Shown here: piece after piece, positions 28,555 to 37,984 of the stretch | Numbering within the stretch: position 1 is the first letter of the stretch | How the letters are laid out: the number at the start of each line of letters is the position of its first letter | Origin: a virus | DNA: 64,000 bases | Reading direction: 5' to 3' (one strand) | Virus record (IMG/VR): IMGVR_UViG_3300030438_000078 | Location: 92,994-156,993 of that record | The notes under the pieces: generated by a model | What the model was told of the DNA's origin: nothing | What the model saw: the letters and a program-made list of their open reading frames with translations, nothing else | Database searches by the model: none | Position numbers and translations under genes: made by a program

Positions 28555-28952
28555 ATTCTCTTCAATGCTTCTAAAATGCCGAAACTTAATGCATCTTCAA
28601 ATGAATCAAATTCAGCATTATCCCCATACTTACCAGTAGATTTATTAGACCAGCAATCATCATCATTCGGTTCATAGAACAATACTTGAACTAAGTAATT
28701 AACTCTAGTCTTATAAGCTTCGTAGGTAATTTGTACATAACAATTATGCTTCTCTCTTAGCCATTTCTGAGTTTGATATAGAGTGGGTCTTGAAATCCTA
28801 TATTCCTTTGGAAAACTATTATTGTGATTTTCTTTAAATCCAGAATTAAATATAACCCCATTTATATTATACCACGAATTACAAGGTTCATTAAAACCTT
28901 TTTCTTTGAGAAGCTTTGCTATTTCTAATGTTACAAAATCTTTTTTATTCAT
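28548..28952 (-). CDS. hypothetical protein
   Basis: 134-aa ORF. Confidence 0.4.
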   Translation of the reverse strand: MNKKDFVTLEIAKLLKEKGFNEPCNSWYNINGVIFNSGFKENHNNSFPKEYRISRPTLYQTQKWLREKHNCYVQITYEAYKTRVNYLVQVLFYEPNDDDCWSNKSTGKYGDNAEFDSFEDALSFGILEALKRIW

Positions 28953-29208
28953 TTTTCAATTTTCTTACTTTAATAATTCCAGTACCTCTACAGGTTCCAC
29001 AAGTCTCAGTATCACATAAGGCTCCAGGACCGAAAGTTAAAATACCAAGTATAACTCTGTCTCCAGTAGACATTTTTACAGTGCCCACACCATTACAATG
29101 TGGGCAATATTTTTCAATATATTCTACTTGTTCCACTTTCTGTATTGTACATGAATCATCACATGATACTAGAATACATACTAACAGAAATGACAAATAT
29201 TTAATCAT
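28945..29208 (-). CDS. small exported protein with DnaJ-type CxxCxGxG zinc-finger repeats
   Basis: Signal/lipobox-like 'LSFLLVCILVSC'; 'CPHCNGVG' and 'CGTCRGTG' repeats. Confidence 0.4.
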   Translation of the reverse strand: MIKYLSFLLVCILVSCDDSCTIQKVEQVEYIEKYCPHCNGVGTVKMSTGDRVILGILTFGPGALCDTETCGTCRGTGIIKVRKLKNE

Positions 29209-29210
29209 AA

Positions 29211-29579
29211 CTATTTCTTAATTTTTAATTGTTCTACAGGAATACCAAGTTTATCAGCAATTTCTTGCATAGTAAGTACTACTTCTTTAGATTTTTCCCA
29301 AAGTACTTTACCCCTACTTAATCCACCTAACTCTTCAGAAGTTAAATCATATATACAAATTATTTTATGGGAATAATATTTAATAAAATATTCAATAGCA
29401 CTCCAACTACTTTTATTATAACAAATCAGTCCTAATCTCCCATTTAAAAGAGGAAATACAACATAAGATAATTCTTTATCATTATCTTGAATTTCAATAA
29501 CCATTCCTGGTTTAATTTCTACTCCATTTATTACATATTTTGCCATAATATTTTTTCTTTTATAAGTAAAACCTTTCAA
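29211..29579 (-). CDS. hypothetical protein
   Basis: 122-aa ORF. Confidence 0.4.
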   Translation of the reverse strand: MKGFTYKRKNIMAKYVINGVEIKPGMVIEIQDNDKELSYVVFPLLNGRLGLICYNKSSWSAIEYFIKYYSHKIICIYDLTSEELGGLSRGKVLWEKSKEVVLTMQEIADKLGIPVEQLKIKK

Positions 29580-29815
29580 TTTAGCAGCCTTTCTAAGAAT
29601 TCTTCTACATCAGTTACTAATTCTCTATCATGAGCTTTGATACATCCCATTGAAAAATTCGTACAGTTTCCGAATAATCCATATCTATTAATACATAATA
29701 ACGGTGATTTATAGAAACTGTCTATATCATTAATACTATAACCCCATTCTTCAAGATAAGGTTTAATGTACTCCCATAATTCAAGAGTACATTTAATACA
29801 AGGTATTTTATCCAT
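29576..29815 (-). CDS. hypothetical protein
   Basis: 79-aa ORF, N-terminus resembles that of 33732..34445 (MxKxPxIKC..LWEEIK). Confidence 0.35.
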   Translation of the reverse strand: MDKIPCIKCTLELWEYIKPYLEEWGYSINDIDSFYKSPLLCINRYGLFGNCTNFSMGCIKAHDRELVTDVEEFLERLLN

Positions 29816-29819
29816 ATAC

Positions 29820-30008
29820 TTAATCTCCTAATGTTAAATATATCATATAAACTGAAAATATGCTTACTGCAATGAGCATTATATAAGGCATATAATCTAA
29901 TATTAAAGCAATTAAAAACATAATTAAACCCGCTGCTATAATCATACCTAAAAGTGTTATTACAGCTGTTAATAATCTAAATAAATCCATAACTCTTATA
30001 AATAACAA
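29820..30008 (-). CDS. small membrane protein
   Basis: 62 aa, almost entirely hydrophobic (two TM helices). Confidence 0.35.
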   Translation of the reverse strand: MLFIRVMDLFRLLTAVITLLGMIIAAGLIMFLIALILDYMPYIMLIAVSIFSVYMIYLTLGD

Positions 30009-30051
30009 AAGCTTGCTCCTATTTCTAAGAACAAGCTATAATACAACAAAG

Positions 30052-30136
30052 TAGAGCAGGTGAGACTCGAACTCACACACCTTTCGGTGCTAGATCCTAA
30101 ATCTAGCGTGTTTCAACCAAGTTTCGCCACTACTCC
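30052..30136 (-). tRNA. tRNA-Leu (anticodon UAG), type II
   Basis: Acceptor GGAGTAG/CTGCTCT (two G.U), anticodon arm CTAGA-TTTAGGA-TCTAG, variable hairpin CACC-GAAA-GGTG, T-arm GTGAG-TTCGAGT-CTCAC; 85 nt. Confidence 0.7.
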
Positions 30137-30245
30137 AACATTAATCATATATAGGCTGATTAATCCAATAATCAGCTTCAATATCTTCAAATATTTCCTT
30201 TACTTCTTCATCTGTTAATTCTTCCATAATTATAAGTTTTTATCG

Positions 30246-30319
30246 TGGACTAGGTGGGATTCGAACCCACAATCTTCAGTTTATGAGACTGCTGCTTCAA
30301 CCTCTTAAGCTACAAGTCC
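30246..30319 (-). tRNA. tRNA-Met (anticodon CAU)
   Basis: D-arm GCTT-AAGAGGTTG-AAGC, anticodon loop CTCATAA, T-arm GTGGG-TTCGAAT-CCCAC; 74 nt. Confidence 0.7.
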
Positions 30320-30326
30320 TAATAAG

Positions 30327-30398
30327 TTGCTCTAGGAGAGTACGATTCTCCAATTTCAGAACCAAAACCTGACGTGTTGCCGATTACACCATAGAGCA
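30327..30398 (-). tRNA. tRNA-Gln (anticodon UUG)
   Basis: Acceptor TGCTCTA/TAGAGCA, D-arm GTGT-AATCGGCA-ACAC, anticodon arm TCAGG-TTTTGGT-TCTGA, T-arm GGAGA-ATCGTAC-TCTCC; 72 nt. Confidence 0.7.
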
Positions 30399-30440
30399 AT
30401 GTGTAAGGAAAGACTTTTTTATCTTTCCGTTACAATTATA

Positions 30441-30836
30441 TTAAACCAATTTATAACCTCCAACACAACTCCACATACTTTTACGATTATTAACATCTTT
30501 TAAGATATAGTAATAATCGAGGTATGTATAAGACATTCCAATTAGAGTATAAGTATTACCATCATTCATTTTGACTTGCTTTCCAAAGAGATTTCCCATA
30601 TTTCTGAACCATACGGGAAAATCTCTTCCAAAACCATCCTTTATTTCATTATTAGCTAACTTTTCTCCATCGAATATCTCAACTTCTTCTCCTTCATTAT
30701 ATTTCCAAGTATTATTTATAAATCTCTCATATTCCCAGACATTATATCTTTCTTCATAATTTCTTTCTTCTGGTTTTTTAGCTAATGCGGGTTCAGCTAT
30801 CTTTTTTAATTCTTCAGCGATTTCTTTTCTTGTCAT
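30441..30836 (-). CDS. hypothetical protein
   Basis: 131-aa ORF. Confidence 0.45.
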   Translation of the reverse strand: MTRKEIAEELKKIAEPALAKKPEERNYEERYNVWEYERFINNTWKYNEGEEVEIFDGEKLANNEIKDGFGRDFPVWFRNMGNLFGKQVKMNDGNTYTLIGMSYTYLDYYYILKDVNNRKSMWSCVGGYKLV

Positions 30837-30910
30837 AATGGTAATAATTGATTTACTTTTCTATATTTTTAGATACTAAACATATAATCTAAATATTTAA
30901 AGTTAAATGC

Positions 30911-30950
30911 GGAGGTAGCTGGATTCGAACCAGCTAAATACCATACCTCC
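30911..30950 (-). ncRNA. tRNA-like minihelix (acceptor stem + T-arm only, 40 nt)
   Basis: GGAGGTA-TGGTATTTA-GCTGG-TTCGAAT-CCAGC-TACCTCC: perfect 7-bp acceptor stem and canonical T-arm joined by a 9-nt linker; no D or anticodon arm. Confidence 0.4.
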
Positions 30951-31007
30951 TATCATAGGGACTTGTTATACTTTACTATTAGATTAGTTAGTCCTTATGC
31001 ACAAGAA

Positions 31008-32978
31008 TTACTTCACTTCTTCAAAAGTATCAGTAGTTTCTTCTTTAGTTTCAAGCTTCTTTCCTTTTACAATATTCTGAACAGTTTCCTTGAACGGAAT
31101 AGATTCAAGAGTTTTCAACATCGGGCTTACACTTTCAGCAATACTTGTCATAAACTGAGCAGCAGTATTCTCGTTACCATATACAGTAACATTACCCAGA
31201 TTGATATGTTCATACATCTTAGCAGAAGCTGCGGCAATTTCCTTATACTGGTCAACAGTCTTATACTGTACAACCATGTCTGGTGTCATACCATTAGCAA
31301 TCATTTCCTTAACTGCCAATGCAGGAGCCATTTCAATAGCCTGGACTTTATCAGCTTCAGCCATCAAAGAAGCTCTTTTACCTTCAGCTTCAGCAAGAAG
31401 TTTCTTACGAGTACCTTCAGCTTCTGCTTCCATCTGCAATTTAGTAGCATCTGCTTTAGCTTCTGCTTCTTTCAGAATCCTAGCTGCTTCAGCTTCTGCT
31501 TCAAGAATTGCTTTCTGTTTTACTGCTTCTGCTTCAATAGTAACTTTCTCTTTTTCCTTCTGAGCAGGAACAATAGTCTCAGCATGCAATTTAGCTTCCA
31601 CAGCAAGAGCCGTAGCTTCATTTACTTCAAGCTGTTTTTCTTGTTTTGTTTTCTCAATCTGCATCTGAGCTTCTACTTTAGAAGTACCTGCAACTTTCTC
31701 AGCTTCTGCTGCTGCTTGTGCAGCTTCTCCTTTAGCTTTAGATACCTCAATAGTAGCCATATGTTCTGCTACACCAGCTGATTTACCAGCTTCTGCTGCT
31801 TTCTGTCTCTTTTCAGATTCATACTGTGCAACAGCCGCTTCCTGCTCATTAATTGCTTTCTGAGTTTCAGCCACCTGTTTCTGTTTAGCTTGTGCTACAC
31901 GAGTTTCCTTTTCAGCCATAGCTTCTGCTTTTCTAGCATCTGCCTCAGCTTGAGAACGTGCAATATTAGCTACTGCTTCAGCTTGAGATTTAGCTTGTTT
32001 AGAATCAGCTTCAGATTTAGCTTGTGCGATATTAGCTACTTTTTCAGATTCTGCTTGAGCTTTAGCTGTTTCTGCCTGAGTTTTAGATTTAGCTACATTA
32101 GCTTCCTGTTCAGCTTGCTGAGCAGCAATACCTGAAAGTTTATTCTTTTCTGCTTCTGCTAACTTGATTTCCTTTTCCTGGTTAATTTCTGCAACTTTTA
32201 CTTCTTTCTCTTGTTTAGTCTGAGCAACCTGAGTTTCTCTTTCCTTTTCAGCATTAGTTACAGCAATTTGACGTTCCTTTTCAGTTTCTGCAATCTGAAT
32301 ATCTCCTTTCTTCTTTTCTTCTGCAATATCTGCTTGTGCCTGAGCTTGAGCTTTAGTTGCAGCTTTCTGACCAAGATTCTTGATATAGTTTGCATCATCT
32401 GAGATATCAGCATTATTAATATTAATAATACTAAATCCCACTTTATTCAATTCAGTTTCAATATTCTCTTTTGCTTTACCTAAGAACTTAATTCTATCAG
32501 CATTAATTTCTTCAATAGTCATTGTTGCCATCAAAGATCTTACTTCACCAATAAGAATATCCTGAATCTGACCAGCAATTTCTTTAGTATTAGCAGTTAA
32601 GAATCTACTTGCAGCATTTTGCATCAAAGTTTGAGATGTTCCAATACCAGTAGTTAATGTTACAGGAATAGTAACTTTAATCATCTGGCTAGATACACCG
32701 CTTACAGAAGTCTGAATCTGAATAGGTTTCAAACTCATCTTTCTCCAATCCTGAATAATAGGCATTACGAAAGTACCCCCACCATGAATAATTTTAGAAG
32801 GCAAGATTACTTCTTCCTTCTTTCCAGTTGTCGGATTAGTTACTGTCTTTTTACCAGCTTTACCAAACACAACCAAAATTTCATCAGAAGCACATTTGCG
32901 ATAACGAGACAAAAGTCCAATGAAAGTGATAACTACCAATACTACAATAATTCCTGCAATAATAAAAGTTGATGTCAT
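31008..32978 (-). CDS. flotillin-like SPFH/band-7 membrane protein
   Basis: N-terminal TM, SPFH-like core, then ~350 aa of E/A/K/Q-rich coiled coil ('AQAQAQADIAEEKKK...AEAEAEAARILKEAEAK'), the architecture of YqiK/FloT flotillins; 656 aa. Confidence 0.65.
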   Translation of the reverse strand: MTSTFIIAGIIVVLVVITFIGLLSRYRKCASDEILVVFGKAGKKTVTNPTTGKKEEVILPSKIIHGGGTFVMPIIQDWRKMSLKPIQIQTSVSGVSSQMIKVTIPVTLTTGIGTSQTLMQNAASRFLTANTKEIAGQIQDILIGEVRSLMATMTIEEINADRIKFLGKAKENIETELNKVGFSIININNADISDDANYIKNLGQKAATKAQAQAQADIAEEKKKGDIQIAETEKERQIAVTNAEKERETQVAQTKQEKEVKVAEINQEKEIKLAEAEKNKLSGIAAQQAEQEANVAKSKTQAETAKAQAESEKVANIAQAKSEADSKQAKSQAEAVANIARSQAEADARKAEAMAEKETRVAQAKQKQVAETQKAINEQEAAVAQYESEKRQKAAEAGKSAGVAEHMATIEVSKAKGEAAQAAAEAEKVAGTSKVEAQMQIEKTKQEKQLEVNEATALAVEAKLHAETIVPAQKEKEKVTIEAEAVKQKAILEAEAEAARILKEAEAKADATKLQMEAEAEGTRKKLLAEAEGKRASLMAEADKVQAIEMAPALAVKEMIANGMTPDMVVQYKTVDQYKEIAAASAKMYEHINLGNVTVYGNENTAAQFMTSIAESVSPMLKTLESIPFKETVQNIVKGKKLETKEETTDTFEEVK

Positions 32979-32990
32979 AAATTTAATTAA

Positions 32991-33542
32991 TTAGTTAAAA
33001 TAATATTTACCTTGTTCAAATCTTGTAATTGTTACTTGTTCTCCAGATTTATATTCTTTAGCAACAGCTTCTGGATAAGCTTCTATACTCTGTAACATAC
33101 CATTAATTTCTACAATAATAGTACATTGAGTTTCACCAGGAATATTCATAGTCCCGACTCTGCCTATTAAAGTCGCCCCTTCTTCTGGAATAACTAAGTG
33201 TTGAAGTTTTAAACAAAGTTTATATAAATAGTAAAGTATAACCACAAATAATATTCCAATAACCAATGCTATTAGAAAATCATACCACTGAACTTCAGAT
33301 GTCATATTTTTAATGCTTAACCATCCAAAAGAACCCATTAGAAAATGAATTAATCCTTTGAATGATACCACATCACTAACAGCCATATCAAGTTCTCCGT
33401 CCAAATCTACATCAAGATCAGTATCCCCACCAAACCAAGATAAAATAAATTGAACAATAAAAATACCATACGCAATGGCAGCTACTAAATAATAAAGATT
33501 TACCATATTATTTCTTATTACAATATTTACAATCTGGGTCAT
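32991..33542 (-). CDS. NfeD-like membrane protein (flotillin partner)
   Basis: Several TM helices followed by a C-terminal soluble beta-rich domain; immediately upstream of the flotillin gene as in yqiJ-yqiK/nfeD-floT operons. Confidence 0.55.
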   Translation of the reverse strand: MTQIVNIVIRNNMVNLYYLVAAIAYGIFIVQFILSWFGGDTDLDVDLDGELDMAVSDVVSFKGLIHFLMGSFGWLSIKNMTSEVQWYDFLIALVIGILFVVILYYLYKLCLKLQHLVIPEEGATLIGRVGTMNIPGETQCTIIVEINGMLQSIEAYPEAVAKEYKSGEQVTITRFEQGKYYFN

Positions 33543-33729
33543 GTACTACTCCACCTGTGGCAGATTTAGAAACAGAAGTTCTAAATTTAATATACTGATG
33601 ATTTTGATATTCAAAATGAGTAACAAAGTCAAAAGGAATTACTCCTTCTTGACTAACTCCAACTGAAGTTTTTTGTCCTTCACATCCACACAATAACACT
33701 ACTCCTAATAAAAGAATAATCTTTCTCAT
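33508..33729 (-). CDS. putative lipoprotein
   Basis: 'MRKIILLLGVVLLCGCEG' signal plus lipobox; 73 aa. Confidence 0.4.
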   Translation of the reverse strand: MRKIILLLGVVLLCGCEGQKTSVGVSQEGVIPFDFVTHFEYQNHQYIKFRTSVSKSATGGVVHDPDCKYCNKK

Positions 33730-33731
33730 AC

Positions 33732-34445
33732 TTAGTCAAACATATATTCAATTTCTTCTCCTAAGATTTTAATAGCTTTCTCTGCTAATTCTTTAGTTTT
33801 GAAATAAGTAATTGCACACTGTGTAGAAAATACAGAAGAAATTCTTATTTTAGCATTTTCTTTATAAATACAATATTTTCGTTCACGTGGATCACTCCAA
33901 TTTGGTTTCCAGCCATCATTCAGATACTCAGCAATAATAGCAAGATTATGCATAATTGCCCACTTTGGAGTTTCTTTTGTTGGAACAACCATAAGACTAG
34001 GAGTATTCTTTACTACTTTATCAAATATTTCTTCTAAAGTAGGCAATTCTTCTAATTCATCTTTAGTAAAAGCTTGAAGAGCAATTTCTTTCAATGTACC
34101 ATCACTCTTATACCATTCTCTAGCTTTTTCTAAGCTTACTTTAACATTTCTTTCTTCCATTTTATATTCTTTATTTAATAACCTAGCAATAGCTGATAAA
34201 AATTCTTCTTTAGTTTTAACTAGATAACGATATCCTTTTTCAATTTCAGTATCATCAGAATAACTAGTATTTCCTATTTCAAATCTAGACGAACTTGGAC
34301 CACCATAATTAGAAACTAAATAAGGCAGTTGTTTCCAATAATAAGAAATACTAAAGTAAGAAACTCCCCAAATATCAAGCTGTTCCTTAATTTCTTCCCA
34401 CAGCTTTTCATTACATTTAATTACTGGATATTTTCTCATTTTCAA
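33732..34445 (-). CDS. hypothetical protein, paralog family member 2
   Basis: Shares N-terminal 'EKAREWYKSDGTLKEIALQAFTKDELE' with 34820..35305 and the C-terminal 'YFKTKELAEKAIKILGEE' box with 27116..27619. Confidence 0.45.
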   Translation of the reverse strand: MKMRKYPVIKCNEKLWEEIKEQLDIWGVSYFSISYYWKQLPYLVSNYGGPSSSRFEIGNTSYSDDTEIEKGYRYLVKTKEEFLSAIARLLNKEYKMEERNVKVSLEKAREWYKSDGTLKEIALQAFTKDELEELPTLEEIFDKVVKNTPSLMVVPTKETPKWAIMHNLAIIAEYLNDGWKPNWSDPRERKYCIYKENAKIRISSVFSTQCAITYFKTKELAEKAIKILGEEIEYMFD

Positions 34446-34574
34446 ATTTAGCTTTTAATCGTTCGTATTCAGCTTTTTCTAATTGTCTTTCTCAGTTGGA
34501 AATGCTTCTTCTCCAACTTTGTAATACAAAATTTTTTCTACTTTACAGTTCATAATTAATTATTTTAAATTGTG

Positions 34575-34644
34575 TGTGTTATAGTGGATTCGAACCCACT
34601 ACTTTCTAACATAGTTTGATGTTCTACCATTGAACTAATAACAC
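34575..34644 (-). tRNA. tRNA-like gene, anticodon arm not resolvable by eye
   Basis: Acceptor GTGTTAT/ATAACAC, D-arm GTTC-AATGGTA-GAAC, T-loop GTTCGAAT; only ~20 nt between D- and T-arms so a canonical 17-nt anticodon arm does not fit. Confidence 0.4.
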
Positions 34645-34819
34645 TATAAATTGTTAATCAAAAGCCATTACTGTGATTAATACCGTTACAGCGCCTATAA
34701 CAAATTCTATAAATAAAACATCCCTTCAGCCAAACATACATCCTGAGAAATAGTTACTTGGGAAAAAGCTGTCACACCCATTAAGAGCGTGAACAGCAAA
34801 AGAGTAAAAAATCTCTTCA

Positions 34820-35305
34820 TTAGAACAAATATTTAATATCTTCTCCAATTAATTCGATTGCTTTCTCCAAATCTTCTCTCGTGTTGAAATACACAACTCC
34901 AGGATATCTTGCTCCACTATGAGTTCCAACCTGAAGTTCATTTCCGTACATTCCTTTAATGAAATATTGGGTAGTAGGAACAAGACTCTTTGAATTGAAA
35001 TACTGTGCTATTGTAGACAGCTTATGAATAACAGACCATTTTCTGTCTTCACAATCTGGAACAACGTAATACTTAGGAGTAGTAAGTCGTACTTCAGAGT
35101 AAATCTGATTAAAATTAACATACTCCAATTCTTTCTTAGAATAAGTTTTCAATGCCAATTCTTTCAAAGTAGCGTTACCTGATTTATACCACTCTTTTGC
35201 TTCATTTAAGCTGATTGCAATGTTTCTTTTTTCTTCCATGTTTAAATATTTTTTATAAAATTTGACAAATTCTTCTGCTGGGATAATATTATAGTTATAT
35301 TTCAT
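34820..35305 (-). CDS. hypothetical protein, paralog family member 3
   Basis: 'LNEAKEWYKSGNATLKELALKTYSKKELE' and C-terminal 'YFNTREDLEKAIELIGED'. Confidence 0.45.
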   Translation of the reverse strand: MKYNYNIIPAEEFVKFYKKYLNMEEKRNIAISLNEAKEWYKSGNATLKELALKTYSKKELEYVNFNQIYSEVRLTTPKYYVVPDCEDRKWSVIHKLSTIAQYFNSKSLVPTTQYFIKGMYGNELQVGTHSGARYPGVVYFNTREDLEKAIELIGEDIKYLF

Positions 35306-35385
35306 GTAGAAGTTTTTAAAAGCAAATTTTCCTTCACTAATAAAATAACAAGTTTCTTCTTTATAAGAATCCCAATATGAATAAC

Positions 35386-35979
35386 CTATAAAACTCTTTC
35401 AGTAGACCATCTATAGCCTAATTTATCAGCTATTTCCAATACTTGGTTAGCTAATTTCTCAGTTGGGCACCAAGTATGAATATACTGTTTCAATTTCTTA
35501 TTCGCTTTTGGCAACATAGTAGATACTACTGGATGAACAGTCTTTGCTTTTAATCCACAAGTCTTTACAAGTTCTTTCAGCATTATGGAAAAAGCCAGCA
35601 CATTTTCATTCCAAGTAGGTTCCGCCCATTCTTGCAAAGTGAACATTGAATCTTTCGGTTTCTTTCACATCTTCATTCTTGATAATCATTTCAATTTGAT
35701 AAGCAAGTTCGTCTACTGAAACATTACCAAAGAAGCCAAATTTAGGAACATCACAGAATTTACAATGCATTGGACAGCCTTTCTGTGTAGATATAGTAGC
35801 AACCCATTTGTTGCGCAAATCTACTTTTGTATTAGCTACTCCATTAATTTCTTTGTCAATCCAAGAAAATTAGCTTTAATGTTATTTTCTTTTCCGTAGT
35901 CACCAACTGTGAGAAACTCAAGTTTGTTATTGGTGTCTACATAAATCTTACCCGTATGGGTTCTAACGATTTTAATCAT
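35386..35979 (-). pseudogene. radical-SAM-domain gene disrupted by at least two frameshifts
   Basis: Three consecutive ORF pieces in different frames (35819-35979, 35606-35818, 35386-35646); middle piece carries the radical-SAM Cx3Cx2C cluster 'GCPMHCKFCD'. Confidence 0.4.
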
Positions 35980-36239
35980 TTTGATTCAATAAAAGTTATT
36001 TTAGATTCCCAAACTCCCCAATTACTACTTTCTTGAAAGATTTTATTCTTAGGAACATATCCAGAATCCATGGGTTCAGTTAGATAAAACAAATTAAGTT
36101 CTTTCCAAGTAGCCATAATCAATTTCTCTCCTTTTGGAAGATTAATTGTCATATCACCACCATAACTTCTTGCTCTTTGATTTTCAGTACAAGAAGCTAG
36201 TATAAACACACTAGCTAATGCAATAAATAATTTTCTCAT
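35976..36239 (-). CDS. putative lipoprotein
   Basis: 'MRKLFIALASVFILASC' signal plus lipobox; 87 aa. Confidence 0.45.
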   Translation of the reverse strand: MRKLFIALASVFILASCTENQRARSYGGDMTINLPKGEKLIMATWKELNLFYLTEPMDSGYVPKNKIFQESSNWGVWESKITFIESK

Positions 36240-36313
36240 TTTAATATTTACTTTTTATAGCTTTTATAATACTAACAATTCCAACAAATATAATAATTAA
36301 TTACTTCCGTAAC

Positions 36314-37189
36314 TTATTCTGCTTTACTATTTTTGAAAATTTCTTTTATTTGGTCGGCTACTTTTTGAGCGGCTTCTGGGGTATGGAAATAGTTTCCTCT
36401 CTTATATAAAACATCTTCATGAGGACATGCATCTGCAAATTCTCCAACAACATCAAGAGCACCATTTATGGTATAATATTTTCCTCCTTTCCTTGCTCTC
36501 CATCGAATATCCTCAAGTTGTTTTGTTTCAGGATTCCATCTTTTTCCTACTTCTACTAGTTTATTAAATAGCTCTTGTTTTTCAGATTCTGATGCAGGAA
36601 TAATACTATTACAATATTTACTTCCCCCACCAATGCTGTCCAAAATCAATCTACCATTTAAAGACAAAAAAGGAGGAGTAAAGAATCCATCTGTTTCACT
36701 AAAGTTCTTGTTTGGATAAATACATATCATGTAATTCCTTTTATAAGAGTTATTGTTAACATCATCTAATATAACCTTAACAATATCTCCGAATTTAGGA
36801 ATGTAAATATCTTCTAAGCACTTCTTTTCTGGATTCCATTTCTTGTTATATTCTTTCTCAAGTCTTTCAAGGAAGGAAGATTTCTCTTCAGATGTGGCAT
36901 ATCTTATTTTTTCTTTTCTTAAACCAAATCCATATCCATCTTCATTGCATATTGTAATAGAACCATCATTGCTTATTCCAGCATAATACCCATTAAGCCC
37001 TAAATGTATTGCTTCACTATTTGGATTATATATAAATATTGAACCATCTATTACAAGAAAATCTCCATCCTTTGGCTTAAACTTTTCTTTAAATTCGATA
37101 TCAACGATAATTTCTCCATTCTCAATAGAGACATTTGCATGTTCTACTTCCATACCTTTAGGAAGTTTATTTCTGTACGTTTTCTTCAT
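36314..37189 (-). CDS. hypothetical protein with internal duplication
   Basis: 291 aa; two repeats of '..KKWNPE.K.LEDI..'. Confidence 0.45.
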   Translation of the reverse strand: MKKTYRNKLPKGMEVEHANVSIENGEIIVDIEFKEKFKPKDGDFLVIDGSIFIYNPNSEAIHLGLNGYYAGISNDGSITICNEDGYGFGLRKEKIRYATSEEKSSFLERLEKEYNKKWNPEKKCLEDIYIPKFGDIVKVILDDVNNNSYKRNYMICIYPNKNFSETDGFFTPPFLSLNGRLILDSIGGGSKYCNSIIPASESEKQELFNKLVEVGKRWNPETKQLEDIRWRARKGGKYYTINGALDVVGEFADACPHEDVLYKRGNYFHTPEAAQKVADQIKEIFKNSKAE

Positions 37190-37496
37190 TATTTAAATCT
37201 TTTTCGTAAACATATTCTACTAAAAACTCATTATTTCCAAATACCATAGCTTGAAGAACTACAATTTTATCTGCATATATTTTATCGCAAGTTCGTTCAG
37301 CCCACTTCCATTTCTGTTCTACTAATCTTGGATAATCTGAAAATACCCATTCAGCCATTTTGGAGTTATAATGAAATCTTACAAAATTACTTCTTGGATG
37401 AGATTTCTGAATTATTCCAGTACAAGGAGAGTTAAAAGATACTTTATTGGTTATATCTCCAATTTTAAAAGAAGTATATATCATAGTAACTACCAA
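37167..37496 (-). CDS. hypothetical protein
   Basis: 109-aa ORF. Confidence 0.35.
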   Translation of the reverse strand: MVVTMIYTSFKIGDITNKVSFNSPCTGIIQKSHPRSNFVRFHYNSKMAEWVFSDYPRLVEQKWKWAERTCDKIYADKIVVLQAMVFGNNEFLVEYVYEKDLNNEENVQK

Positions 37497-37984
37497 TCTA
37501 TAATAGAAATCATTCTACATGCTCTTTTAATTCTCCTAATGAGAAGGTTTGAAGTTTTCCATATTTAGGAATTTCTGTCCCTCGTTCTTCACAATCTTTT
37601 TTAATACTATCTACAAATGGTGTAGAATAGTTTTCCCATTTTTTATCTGATAATTCCATAATTATCTGTTTTTAATAACTTTCAAATTAAAGAATAAAGC
37701 TGAATTAAACTACCATTTAAAGTCTTAGCACCGACACTCCGTATTCGGTCTCTTTAGAGTAAAAAGATAAACCGCCAATAGGCTGACTCACTTTATTCAA
37801 ACTAGATTTATTCTAATTAACACAATTAACATGCAACCCAGAAATTGTTAATTGATAGCCGTTATCATTTCTATGCATCCCTCATGGAAAGGCACACTAC
37901 AGCCTATGACTAGAGTTGTTTAAGACGCGGCGAATGTTTATAAACGTGGTAACAATTTTAAGACTTAGTCTCTAGTTATAGTAG

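Noticed and set aside
30963-32972. Plus-strand ORFs 30963..31781, 31201..31563, 31890..32135, 32211..32402, 32784..32972 with Ser/Phe/Cys-rich low-complexity translations
   Set aside because: They are antisense to the flotillin gene's repetitive GCT/GAA-rich coiled-coil region; repeat-driven open frames, not genes.
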